Positions 53,609-63,237 of a DNA stretch of 64,000 nt are shown here, piece after piece. The translations under genes were made by a program, and so were the position numbers. The notes beneath the pieces are model-generated. The model ran no database searches. It was not told the origin of the DNA and saw only the letters and a program-made list of their open reading frames with translations. The stretch is from NCBI GenBank assembly GCA_964435575.1, contig CAYSZS010000002.1, forward strand, positions 762 to 64,761, written 5' to 3'. Numbering within the stretch: position 1 is the first letter of the stretch; the number at the start of each line of letters is the position of its first letter. The stretch comes from an uncultured Gammaproteobacteria bacterium (GTDB taxonomy: Bacteria; Patescibacteriota; Microgenomatia; UBA8517).

Positions 53609-54919
53609 ATGATCAAAAAAATAATTGCAGGAGCAACTGCTGGACTTGCCGGCACTTTACTTTTTGCAGGTCTAGTATTCGCTTTGGTTGGTGATTTACT
53701 CGATACAGTAGGTCTTCCCGGAAACGATAATTGTTCCGTGGCAGGAACCTTTACAGGCACATATTATATGACCATGGAGGGTGGATTCGCAGTAGGTTGT
53801 GCTGGAAATCAGCTCCAAATCTATACTCCTCCTGCGCCCGACGTCGTACCGGGTCTTCCGCCTGATCCTGCGACATTGGTGTCCACACAGACTGTGCTTG
53901 ATGCCGGCGGTAACGCCGTCAACATCAGCGCTTTAGCCTGGGATCCGACAAGGAACAAGGTCTGGGGAGCTTACGACGATAACGTCTATCTCATAGACAT
54001 CGTTGACCCGACTGTCGACGGAAATGCAACAGCAACTTTGCAGTTTAGTCCGTCGGTAAACGCACCAGTAGCAGAAGTTGATCCGTTCGATCTTTTTGGT
54101 AAATTACCAGGAATTACTTTGGTTGACGGGTTAGCCTATGATGGCAACGACGATACTGTCTGGTACACACCGGATGTCCACTGCAATGTTTATCACTTCG
54201 CCTCAGACGGGACATACATTGGTAAAGTAACACCCGAAAACGCAGCGGGTAATTCTGACTGTTCAGTAAGCGGGGTTGTAGTTGGTTCTGCTAACTCACT
54301 CTACATTGGTAGAAACGGTAATAATGAGATAAGAAGAGTTGATAAAACAACAGGAGATTTTATTTCCAATTTCGCTACAACTGCCGGACGGGTTGAGGAC
54401 TTAACTTGCGATCCTGTAACATATGCGCCAAAAGAAGCTGTATTGGCAAAGGACGCATTTAATGTCCTTTACGAAGCCTTTGAAGTGGAAGAGGGCACTT
54501 GTCCATTGCCTGAGCCGAAAGATGAGACGCCTCCAAAGGCTGCCTGTACCGAAACGGTTAATCCTCATGGAGCAACCGTTCCTCCTGCAGGTAAGACTAC
54601 ATTGCCTGGTCCAAGAGGTGGAGATAATGAAGACGGATTCTATGAGCTTTTTGCTGCCGATAACTTGCCGGGTGTAACGATTTGGGTTTCTGACGCATTC
54701 GGTAGCGGTCCTTTCGGACCATTCTTACCAGGAGATAAGGTTAAGATTACCGAAGCACCGGGCGGACCCGCTTCCTCGAAAGCAATGGGAAGTAGTAATG
54801 GTCAAGCAGGGGCAATTCTAACCCACATTACGCTTTTGGGTGACGCTCTGATAACAGCAATAGATGCCGCAGGTAATGCGACAGTTGTAAGTTGTTTGGT
54901 TCCGCCGCCACCGAAATAA
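53609..54919 (+). CDS. Secreted hypothetical protein (G/A/T/D/V-rich, Cys-containing); the gene is visibly more GC-rich than its surroundings
   Basis: SD AAGGGGGTG 6 nt upstream of ATG at 53609. N-terminal hydrophobic signal. No recognisable catalytic motif. Confidence 0.45.
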   Translation: MIKKIIAGATAGLAGTLLFAGLVFALVGDLLDTVGLPGNDNCSVAGTFTGTYYMTMEGGFAVGCAGNQLQIYTPPAPDVVPGLPPDPATLVSTQTVLDAGGNAVNISALAWDPTRNKVWGAYDDNVYLIDIVDPTVDGNATATLQFSPSVNAPVAEVDPFDLFGKLPGITLVDGLAYDGNDDTVWYTPDVHCNVYHFASDGTYIGKVTPENAAGNSDCSVSGVVVGSANSLYIGRNGNNEIRRVDKTTGDFISNFATTAGRVEDLTCDPVTYAPKEAVLAKDAFNVLYEAFEVEEGTCPLPEPKDETPPKAACTETVNPHGATVPPAGKTTLPGPRGGDNEDGFYELFAADNLPGVTIWVSDAFGSGPFGPFLPGDKVKITEAPGGPASSKAMGSSNGQAGAILTHITLLGDALITAIDAAGNATVVSCLVPPPPK

Positions 54920-54999
54920 ACTTTATTTAAAGGGGGATAGTTGTTGGGTTCGGAGGTCTTTCTTGAGATAGGAAGGCCTCCGTCCCGGGGGAAAGAAGA

Positions 55000-55386
55000 T
55001 TAGGGTTCGAGAACGGATTTTTCTTGTGTTCGTAAATTTACCTTGATAGGCCGAACAAACTGAACGCCTAAAGAAGCTATCTTAAATCCAACATTTAATA
55101 TAAACCCCATAAATATAACGTGGGCGATTATATTTAGAGGAGAGTTAATTATTTCAGGAGCAACGAGATCGGTTTTCAAGCCGGTTTCAACGGCTGTTTC
55201 CTTATCTTGTTGGCCTTGTGGAACGTCGGGTGCGACACTGGATAAATCAATGGATATTCCGGGAAGATTGAAAATGTCAACAGGCTTGCCTTTGTTGGTA
55301 AAAACCATATAGATGGAAACCAAGGCCAATGCCATTAAGACCGTTCCTGTTAAGATATACATATACCCGATAACCTTCTCGGTCAT
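55000..55386 (-). CDS. Hypothetical membrane protein
   Basis: 128 aa, two TM segments. Confidence 0.35.
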   Translation of the reverse strand: MTEKVIGYMYILTGTVLMALALVSIYMVFTNKGKPVDIFNLPGISIDLSSVAPDVPQGQQDKETAVETGLKTDLVAPEIINSPLNIIAHVIFMGFILNVGFKIASLGVQFVRPIKVNLRTQEKSVLEP

Positions 55387-55479
55387 AGATAAATATTACA
55401 GCATTATTCGGAGTATATACAATACAAGAAAATGACTTTTTTTGAAAATATTTATTAAAAGGTATATATTTATCCTAGT

Positions 55480-55842
55480 ATGGCAAAAAGAGTTATTCTC
55501 ATCGAGGACGACCTTGACCTTCAGAGGATTTACTCGTCAAAAATAGAAAGCGCAGGATTTGAAGTACTATTGGCTTTGGAAGCTACACAGGGTTGGAACT
55601 TGGTTAAAGGTGAAAAACCGAATATTATTTTACTTGACATAATGCTACCGGGAAAAATGAACGGATTTGATTTTCTCAAAAAGCTCAAAGAAGATACGAA
55701 TCTTAAAAATATTCCCGTAGTCGTCATTACCAATTTGGAAACGGAGAAAGACGAGGCGCTAAAAATTGGGGCCACAGATTATGTAATCAAAGCAAATACC
55801 GACCTTAATCAGATAGTTGAAAAAATAAAAAAATATACTTAA
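55480..55842 (+). CDS. Single-domain response regulator (CheY-like REC); paralog of the gene at 13657
   Basis: ILIEDD...D(phospho-acceptor)IMLPG...T...K; 120 aa. Confidence 0.75.
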   Translation: MAKRVILIEDDLDLQRIYSSKIESAGFEVLLALEATQGWNLVKGEKPNIILLDIMLPGKMNGFDFLKKLKEDTNLKNIPVVVITNLETEKDEALKIGATDYVIKANTDLNQIVEKIKKYT

Positions 55843-55843
55843 T

Positions 55844-56101
55844 CTACTCTTTCTTGTAAGACTGGAAGTTATCGGCCTGACTTGGAAATTCCTCTTTTAG
55901 AAATTCAATAACCTTATCTCTAATTTCCGTGGATGCAACTACTCCTTTCTGGGCAGCAGTTTTTGCCCAACTTTCTATATTACCGGCAATTTTTTGAGCG
56001 GCTTCGAATGGAACACCGGCTTTACCTATTGCGGTAACCAGTTTGTCAAAACTCCATGCTTCAAGCCTTCCGTCACGCTTTTTTACGCTAATATCGTTCA
56101 T
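55844..56101 (-). CDS. Stand-alone ATP-cone domain protein; paralog of the gene at 14103
   Basis: MNDISVKKRDGRLEAWSFDKLVTAIGKAG...; 85 aa. Its stop is 1 nt from the REC gene stop (convergent). Confidence 0.7.
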   Translation of the reverse strand: MNDISVKKRDGRLEAWSFDKLVTAIGKAGVPFEAAQKIAGNIESWAKTAAQKGVVASTEIRDKVIEFLKEEFPSQADNFQSYKKE

Positions 56102-56145
56102 TTTTCTTCACCCTCTTTCCACTCCTAATCTATAATAACACTTTT

Positions 56146-57216
56146 TTAGCCAATGGTTTTTTCTTCTAAACGCTCCATTTCATAAAGGGCTACGATAAAT
56201 AGAGACTCGCTCCAGCCAAGAGGCGTATTTTCGTTATAGTCAGCGGAATTTGAAAAATAGAGTTCAGGCATGCCCTCGGGGGTATCAATTGTAATGAGAT
56301 TTTTAATCAACTCCTCTACTTTTTCTTTATTTCCCATTTTTTCGTAGATTATGGCAAGCCATGATAATCCGAAAGTCCACTCGGCCTCTTCAGAAATCCC
56401 GTCGGGATTTCTGTTGTAGTAATGGTCTCCCTTGTACCTGACCACTCCCCTTTCTTTAGCAAGGTGATACTCGACGTTCTCAAGTATTTTACCCCTTTGC
56501 TCGTCTGTAACTACATCGTAAGGCCATATAAGTGAAAGTAGTGACAAATCCGTAAATTTATGCTCGCTTTCTCTGGGAAGAAGTAATTTTAGTGAATCTT
56601 CTCCTTTTCGGATTAGCCATAAAGGGACTTCAATTTGTGCCATTTTGGATACTGATTTCAGTCCAGCTACACACGCTCCGACGGAGCTTGCATGTAGCTC
56701 CTCTTCCTCTTCCCAAATTCCGGAATCGGGATCGCTCCAATATTCAATAGATTCCAGATATTTTACCAGCTTATTTATGATTCGGGTATGTTCGGGCGTT
56801 TTTAAGATTGATCTTTTCTGGTTAATTTCCAGTTCTCCCAGCCGAAAAAGAATGCAGCCTATAGCGTCATTTTGTTTATTACCCCACTCTTCCCAAAATT
56901 CGTCAAAAGTTTCAGGATGGAATCGCGCGTGTATTCGTTTGTGGGCTTCTTTTGGTTTTTCTTTAATGGCCCAGTCTATTTTATCTTCGTGTCTGAGAAA
57001 AACGTTCAAAATTGCTCTATACGTTTTTTCGACTGTGTTCCAGTCGCCTATAACTTCAAAAGCAATTGTTTCGTAAAAATTGTCTCTCAACCAACTTTTG
57101 TCGTAGCCAGTTGACAAGCCTTTTTTTGAAGCCAAAAATAAGCCGGACTTAGTTTTTAGACTTTTCAGGATTGTTAAATGTTTTTTTATCAGCTCGTCGT
57201 ATGTAAGTCTGGCCAT
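56146..57216 (-). CDS. Glycoside hydrolase family 15-like (glucoamylase-type alpha/alpha-6 barrel) protein
   Basis: YDKSWLRD and SGIWEEEEELHASSVGACVAGL (general acid region) motifs. Confidence 0.55.
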   Translation of the reverse strand: MARLTYDELIKKHLTILKSLKTKSGLFLASKKGLSTGYDKSWLRDNFYETIAFEVIGDWNTVEKTYRAILNVFLRHEDKIDWAIKEKPKEAHKRIHARFHPETFDEFWEEWGNKQNDAIGCILFRLGELEINQKRSILKTPEHTRIINKLVKYLESIEYWSDPDSGIWEEEEELHASSVGACVAGLKSVSKMAQIEVPLWLIRKGEDSLKLLLPRESEHKFTDLSLLSLIWPYDVVTDEQRGKILENVEYHLAKERGVVRYKGDHYYNRNPDGISEEAEWTFGLSWLAIIYEKMGNKEKVEELIKNLITIDTPEGMPELYFSNSADYNENTPLGWSESLFIVALYEMERLEEKTIG

Positions 57217-57236
57217 TTTTAGGTTAAAATATTATT

Positions 57237-58016
57237 ATGAAAAGAATACTCTTTATTCTACTACCAATTTTGGCTTTTTTGGTAGTTTTAATATTTTTTT
57301 ATAAATCAAAGGGAATTGACAAAAAAATTAAGACTCCCCAGAAAGAAGAACAGGCAGAAGAATCTTTTTCGCCAACTCCAAGCCTAACGGAATCCTTTAA
57401 TTCTAGCTATCAGACTGTTTGGGTAACGGTTAGAGATATCGGTAAAATCAAGCTTTTTTTAAACCTGGTAGAAAAACTTTCGTCCGATGAAGCTTCAACA
57501 AAAAATAACTGCGCCCATCTTATAAACGGAGGGTTTTACGATAAAAATGATAAGCCTATCGGCCTTTTTGTTATAGACGGCAGGGTATTAGAAATCGCCA
57601 AAGAGAATTCGCTTTTGAATGGCTATTTTTATATAGATTTGCAAGAAAAAGCATACATAGAAAGTGTTTCTCCAAAGAGTCCCTCGATTGCCGTTCAGGC
57701 CGGACCGATTTTGTTTAAAAACCAAAAACCCGTTAGTCTAACTCTTTCTAAAGACGAATTAGCAAGAAGGATAGTCGTTGCTACGACAAAAGATCAAAAG
57801 GCTATTTTTTTAGTTTTTTACACAAAAGCTAATCCTCTTTTAGGACCGACGTTGTCCGAATTACCCGGAATTATTGAAGAAATTAGACAGAATGCAAAGT
57901 TGGATATCGTCAACGCAATAAACCTTGACGGCGGGACCCACTCTTCCTTTTTAACAAAAAATTTTAAACTCAGCGAAGTTGCCACTATTGGAAGCTATTT
58001 CTGCATTGTCCCTTAG
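57237..58016 (+). CDS. Phosphodiester glycosidase/DUF2233 family protein, membrane anchored
   Basis: N-terminal TM segment. INGGFY and NLDGGTHSSFL motifs. Confidence 0.45.
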   Translation: MKRILFILLPILAFLVVLIFFYKSKGIDKKIKTPQKEEQAEESFSPTPSLTESFNSSYQTVWVTVRDIGKIKLFLNLVEKLSSDEASTKNNCAHLINGGFYDKNDKPIGLFVIDGRVLEIAKENSLLNGYFYIDLQEKAYIESVSPKSPSIAVQAGPILFKNQKPVSLTLSKDELARRIVVATTKDQKAIFLVFYTKANPLLGPTLSELPGIIEEIRQNAKLDIVNAINLDGGTHSSFLTKNFKLSEVATIGSYFCIVP

Positions 58017-58244
58017 CTAGCGAATTTTTTTAGAATATTTCGGAAGAGTCGTTTTTATTTTGTTGTATTGCCTTTTTAATTTTATTAAATTGATCTCGAA
58101 CTGACTTTTTGAAAATTGGTAGATTTTATAGGGAAGGTTTCTATTTATGTGGGAAAATATTTGAGCTTGATGAGCAGACTTGAATTCTCTTGGAGTTTGT
58201 CTGAAGAAGGTGTTTACTCTTTTAGCCTTTTTCTTTTCAGCCAT
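58017..58244 (-). CDS. Small basic hypothetical protein
   Basis: 75 aa, K/R-rich. Confidence 0.25.
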   Translation of the reverse strand: MAEKKKAKRVNTFFRQTPREFKSAHQAQIFSHINRNLPYKIYQFSKSQFEINLIKLKRQYNKIKTTLPKYSKKIR

Positions 58245-58266
58245 ATTTAATTATACATGATTTGCA

Positions 58267-58620
58267 CTATACTACCTTGATAATTTTTGCACTGCTTACT
58301 TTTTTGTTATTTACCTCGATTGCTACAACGTCGATTCTTTGTTTATTAAAGACATTTTTATGAGTTAAAAGATAATAGTCTCCGGCACGTTTAATTCTAT
58401 AAAGCTTTCTTTTATTTACGGCTTCTTCGGGCTTGCCGTATTTCTTACTCCACCTGGTCTTGACTTCGACAAAAACCAAAGTATCGCGATCTTCCGCAAT
58501 TATATCTATTTCTCCCACCTTGGTTCTGAAGTTTCTTTCGAGGATTTTATAATTATGTTCTTTTAGTAATCCGACCGCATATTCCTCACCGATATCTCCG
58601 GACAGTCTTTTGCCTTTCAT
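58267..58620 (-). CDS. yraN: YraN-family (UPF0102) endonuclease
   Basis: GDIGEEYAVGLLKEHNYKILERNFRTKVGEIDIIAED...FVEVKTR. Confidence 0.7.
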   Translation of the reverse strand: MKGKRLSGDIGEEYAVGLLKEHNYKILERNFRTKVGEIDIIAEDRDTLVFVEVKTRWSKKYGKPEEAVNKRKLYRIKRAGDYYLLTHKNVFNKQRIDVVAIEVNNKKVSSAKIIKVV

Positions 58621-58631
58621 TGGAAAGTTTT

Positions 58632-59012
58632 TTATTTTTTTTGGGATTTCTTAGTTACTTCCTTACTATTTTCCCTTCTTGCTGCTCTTTTATAAATTAG
58701 ATCAATTTCACGCTTGGAAATACCCCTTGTATAGTATAGTTTTCCGCGCCTTATGCCTTTTGTACCCTTTTTTATAACTTCTATTTTCTCAATTGTGGGA
58801 GAGTAAAGCGGAAAAATTCTTTCAACGCCGATTTGTCCTGCACCAATTCTTCTGACGGAAAAACTTTTATTTTCGTCTCGACCCGATAAGGCAATTACCA
58901 TTCCTTCAAATATTTGTAAGCGGTTTTTTTCGCCCTCTTTTATTTTTTGAACAACTTTAATTTTGTCTCCAGGACCAAAGGAGGTATCTTTATGGATTAT
59001 AGTTAGTGTCAT
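58632..59012 (-). CDS. rplS: 50S ribosomal protein L19 (start at MTLTII; basic C-terminal extension)
   Basis: KIKVVQKIKEGEKNRLQIFEGMVIALSGR...FSVRRIGAGQIGVERIFPLYSP. Confidence 0.85.
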   Translation of the reverse strand: MTLTIIHKDTSFGPGDKIKVVQKIKEGEKNRLQIFEGMVIALSGRDENKSFSVRRIGAGQIGVERIFPLYSPTIEKIEVIKKGTKGIRRGKLYYTRGISKREIDLIYKRAARRENSKEVTKKSQKK

Positions 59013-59058
59013 ATAATTAACTAATTTTTGGTATTTTACACCATTAATACATTGAAAA

Positions 59059-62000
59059 CTAGTCGAGTTTACGATTAAACTCAAAAATGTCCGTAATTTT
59101 ATGAGAAAGATTTTGGCTCCAGGATATTTTTATATTAAGATCAACCGTACGTTTTACTTTTCCCTCAAAAACCAAACTTACATTTTGGTTACCCGGGTTA
59201 TTAAGAAGTATTTTTTTTAAATTTATGAGATTGTCGGTGGAGGATTCTTTAGGTACCGTAATGAATAACCGACCGCTTTCTGAGCTTAAACTGTCTTTGG
59301 TATTAATTTCGCTGACAATAATAGCAGGTTCTTCGTCTTTAAAATCGACTCTTCCTGTTACTAATATGGCCTTATTGTCAATCAAGGAATTTCTTGTATC
59401 CTTGAAGGTTTTAGGAAATACGACGAGTTCAAGTGTACCCGTATCGTCTCTTACTTTTACAAATGCCATTTCCTGACCTGTTTTTTTTGTAATAATGATT
59501 CTGACGTCGGTCACTATCGCTGCAATTTTTACATTTTGCTCTAAGGTTTCTTCAGTAAAAATGTCTTGGATTTTATGGGTAGCCAGGTTCTCTAAAGTGC
59601 CTAAAACTTCATTTATTGGCCGGGCCGAAAGGGAAAATCCCAATAGTTGTCTCTCAAGGCTTTGGAGCTCGTCCTCGGAAAATTCGTCTAAGTTAAGATT
59701 TATTTCCGAAAAATCGCTCTCCGTAGTTTTTTTGAAGTCGTCTTGGCTAAAAAGTCCTTCCTGATTTTCAGGACCTTTTGGCTTTGAAACCCTATTTCTG
59801 ATTCCTTCCATTGAGGCTAAAAGAGAAGCGCGTGAGCCGAAAGAGGAAAGCGCGCCAACTTTTATGAGTGATTCGAGAACTTTTTTGTTTACGCGCCGTG
59901 GGTCAACCCGGGATAGAAAATCTGCGAAAGAATTAAATGCGTCTTTCGACCTCTCTTCAAGAATTGCCATAATTGCGGCTTTACCCACATTTTTGATGGC
60001 GTCAAATCCAAACCTGATTGCTTTTGATTCCAGCGATTCCGAATCCTTAATGATTTTAAAGCCTACGTCGCTCTCGTTTATATCGGGAGGTAAAACTTTA
60101 ATCTTCATTCTTTTGCATTCGTTAACCGCCGCCGAGACTTTTTCGGGATCTTTTGCTTCAGCCGTCAGGAGTGCATTCATAAATTCAACAGTATAATTAG
60201 CTTTCATATATGCCGTCCAATAGGCTACCATTCCGTAGGAAGCAGCATGTGCTTTGTTAAAGCCGTAGCCCGAGAAAGGTTCAATCAATTTAAAAAGCTC
60301 CCCTGCTTTATCTTTTGTCAACCCGTTATTGACCGCTCCTTCAATAAATTTAGTTTTTTGTTTTTCCATTTCCTGGGGAATTTTTTTACCTACCGCTTTT
60401 CTGAATTTATCGGATTCTTCCCAGGTGTAACCGGCAATTTTTATTGCTGTTTGGAATACGTCGTCCTGATAGACCAAAAGGCCGTAGGATTTACCGAGAT
60501 ACTCTTTCATTCTTTCGTCAAAATAGATAATTTTTTCGGGATTGTTTTTTCTTTCAATATATTCAGGAATTTGGACCATGGGCCCGGGTCTATATAACGC
60601 AACCATTGCCATCAGGTCTTCAACACGCGTGGGTTTCAGGTCTTTGAGATATCTGGTCATGCCGCTACCTGCTAGTTGAAAGACGCCCATGGTATCACCC
60701 TTCGAGAGCATTTCAAAAGTTTTTTTATCGTTTAAAGGTATATTTAGTATGTTAATATCTATGGCGTAGTTTCTTTTAACGACCTCAATGGCTTCACCTA
60801 AAATTGAGAGATTTCGCAGGCCCAAAAGGTCAAATTTTAAAAGGCCGACCGCTTCGTTTGGCGATACGTTAGGGTCGAGTGAATCCATATCGTATTGTGT
60901 TATTACCTTTTTTCCTTCTGGATCGAGTTGGATTGGCGTAAATTTAATGATATCGTCGGGAGCTATGACTACGCCGGCTGCGTGTACTGAAATATGCCTT
61001 GCGTTTCCCTCAACCTGCCTGGCAAGATCTATAATTTTCTTGGCGTCTTTATCACTCTCGTACATTTGCTTTAAATCAGGTGAAGTACTAAGCGCTTTAT
61101 CTATTGTCATCGGAAAACCCTGAGACCCGATTGGAATAAGTTTTGATATTCTGTCGCCTGTTGAGTAGGGGTAGCCTAAAACCCGGGCGATGTCTCTAAC
61201 AGATCCTCTTGCCAGCATCCGTCCGAAAGTACAGATTTGTGCCACTTTTTCCTTGCCGTATTTTTCTGTCATATAGGTAATTACTTCTTCCCGTCTGTTA
61301 TCTGCTATGTCAAAATCAATGTCGGGCGGAGACGGTCTCCAGGGAGTAAGAAATCTCTCAAAAGGAAGGTCGTAGTCAATTGGGTTAATATTAATAATGC
61401 CCAATGCATAAGCAACCAGGCTTCCTGCAGTAGATCCTCTTGTATTTGTTATTATCATATTGGTATTACACCAATCGGCAATGTCGGCTACAATTAAAAA
61501 GTATGTCGAGTAACCCTTTTGTTTTATTATTGAGAGTTCGTAGTTGAGGCGTTCCCTTATCTCGGGAGTAATTTTTTCTAACCTTTTTTCCAGACCTTGC
61601 CAGCTTTTTTCAACGAGCTCTTTATCAGGGGTTTTAGCTTCGGAGAGTTCGAATTCGGGAAAATACCATTTGTCCAAAGTAATTGTAAGGCTACACTTAT
61701 CGGCAATTTTTTGTGAATTTTGTAGAGCTTCGGGCAAATCGGGGAAAAGGCTGGTCATTTCTTCTGTAGATTTCAGATAAAAAGTTGGCGAATCAATGTA
61801 GCGTAGTCTCTTGAGGTCGCTGACGTTTTTCCCGGTTGCAATACAAACTAGAGCGTCTTGAGCCATGCTTTCTTCTTTTTTTACATAATGAGCGTCATTT
61901 GTTGCAACGATCGGTATTCCCAATTCACGGCTTAATCGGATTATTCCTTGGTTAACCGCTTTTTCAGATTCTACCTGTTGTTTCAGGAAAGTTTTAATTT

Positions 62001-62571
62001 CTTCATTTTCCGAAGTCTCTATGTATTTTTCAGGTTCGTGTCTTTGAACTTCTAAGTAATAATCTTTGCCGAAAATATCCAAAAACGTTGTTGCCGTTTC
62101 TTTAGCCTTCTTAAAGTCATCCGCAATTAATGCTTGGCCTATTTCTCCTAAGGGACAGGCAGATGTACAAATAAGGCCTTTTGAATATTTAATAAGCGTT
62201 TCTCTGTCAAATCTTGGTCTATAATAATAACCTTCAAGATGGGCTATTGAAGTAAGTTTCATCAGGTTTTGATAACCCTCGTTATCTTTAGCCAATAGGA
62301 GAAGATGGTAATTTTTTAGTTTTGACCTCTCCGGTCTTTCTTTTAAATTAACATTCGTAATATACCCTTCCATTCCGATGATTGGCTTTATGCCTTCTTT
62401 AAGCGCTTTTTTATAAAATTCTATACATCCGTACATTACTCCGTGGTCTGTTATTGCGAGAGCGTCCATTCCCAAGGTCTTGATGTGCGAAAACATTAAA
62501 TCTATTCTCGACAAGCCGTCAAGAAGAGAGTATTCGCTGTGAACATGTAGGTGAACGAATTTATTTTTCAT
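59059..62571 (-). CDS. dnaE: DNA polymerase III alpha subunit
   Basis: N-terminal PHP domain (VHLHVHSEYSLLDG), polymerase core, OB fold; 1170 aa. Confidence 0.95.
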   Translation of the reverse strand: MKNKFVHLHVHSEYSLLDGLSRIDLMFSHIKTLGMDALAITDHGVMYGCIEFYKKALKEGIKPIIGMEGYITNVNLKERPERSKLKNYHLLLLAKDNEGYQNLMKLTSIAHLEGYYYRPRFDRETLIKYSKGLICTSACPLGEIGQALIADDFKKAKETATTFLDIFGKDYYLEVQRHEPEKYIETSENEEIKTFLKQQVESEKAVNQGIIRLSRELGIPIVATNDAHYVKKEESMAQDALVCIATGKNVSDLKRLRYIDSPTFYLKSTEEMTSLFPDLPEALQNSQKIADKCSLTITLDKWYFPEFELSEAKTPDKELVEKSWQGLEKRLEKITPEIRERLNYELSIIKQKGYSTYFLIVADIADWCNTNMIITNTRGSTAGSLVAYALGIININPIDYDLPFERFLTPWRPSPPDIDFDIADNRREEVITYMTEKYGKEKVAQICTFGRMLARGSVRDIARVLGYPYSTGDRISKLIPIGSQGFPMTIDKALSTSPDLKQMYESDKDAKKIIDLARQVEGNARHISVHAAGVVIAPDDIIKFTPIQLDPEGKKVITQYDMDSLDPNVSPNEAVGLLKFDLLGLRNLSILGEAIEVVKRNYAIDINILNIPLNDKKTFEMLSKGDTMGVFQLAGSGMTRYLKDLKPTRVEDLMAMVALYRPGPMVQIPEYIERKNNPEKIIYFDERMKEYLGKSYGLLVYQDDVFQTAIKIAGYTWEESDKFRKAVGKKIPQEMEKQKTKFIEGAVNNGLTKDKAGELFKLIEPFSGYGFNKAHAASYGMVAYWTAYMKANYTVEFMNALLTAEAKDPEKVSAAVNECKRMKIKVLPPDINESDVGFKIIKDSESLESKAIRFGFDAIKNVGKAAIMAILEERSKDAFNSFADFLSRVDPRRVNKKVLESLIKVGALSSFGSRASLLASMEGIRNRVSKPKGPENQEGLFSQDDFKKTTESDFSEINLNLDEFSEDELQSLERQLLGFSLSARPINEVLGTLENLATHKIQDIFTEETLEQNVKIAAIVTDVRIIITKKTGQEMAFVKVRDDTGTLELVVFPKTFKDTRNSLIDNKAILVTGRVDFKDEEPAIIVSEINTKDSLSSESGRLFITVPKESSTDNLINLKKILLNNPGNQNVSLVFEGKVKRTVDLNIKISWSQNLSHKITDIFEFNRKLD

Positions 62572-62577
62572 AATTAT

Positions 62578-63219
62578 TTATTTTCTATCAGCACCTTTTG
62601 ACCTTTTAACTTCATACATTTTCGTTTCAGCTCTTTCTAAAGTTTTACTAATATCCTCATCTTTGTTACGTTGTGCATAACCTATGCTCATGTTTATAGG
62701 AACTTCTTCTGGTATCTCCCATAATAAAGAATTATTAATTATTTCCAGTAGTGACTCCTTTAATCGTTCTGCGACACTCTCGGCCTCATCAGTATTTGTA
62801 GCTGGTAATAGAATTTCGAATTCATCTCCCGATATGTGTGCCACAATATCAGCATCTCTTGTACCAATCTTTAAAGTATTAGCTATTGCTTGAATAACTT
62901 TATCACCTGTAGCATGACCATACGAGTCGTTAATTTCTTTAAGTCTATCCAAATCAATTAACATAACAGATAATTCTTCGTTTGTTCTCTCGCTGTGGGC
63001 TTCATAAAATTCCAGATATCTATTAAAACCTCTTCTATTTAGAAGTCCGGTTAAGTCATCAATTTCAACCGCTAATTTTAGTTTTCTTATTAGTTCATCC
63101 TTTTCTAAATCCATAATAGCTTTTTCTCTGGGGTCCATCAAACTATGCTTTTCCTGCCGTTCATTTATTTGTTCTTCACTAAAACCCATTGGCTCATTAG
63201 GAGTTAGTTCTTCGCTCAT
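62578..63219 (-). CDS. GGDEF-domain protein (diguanylate cyclase-like; signature variant SGDEF)
   Basis: DDLTGLLNRRGF, IDLDRLKEINDSYGHATGD, HISGDEFEIL. Confidence 0.75.
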   Translation of the reverse strand: MSEELTPNEPMGFSEEQINERQEKHSLMDPREKAIMDLEKDELIRKLKLAVEIDDLTGLLNRRGFNRYLEFYEAHSERTNEELSVMLIDLDRLKEINDSYGHATGDKVIQAIANTLKIGTRDADIVAHISGDEFEILLPATNTDEAESVAERLKESLLEIINNSLLWEIPEEVPINMSIGYAQRNKDEDISKTLERAETKMYEVKRSKGADRK

Positions 63220-63237
63220 AATTCATTTTACAATGTT

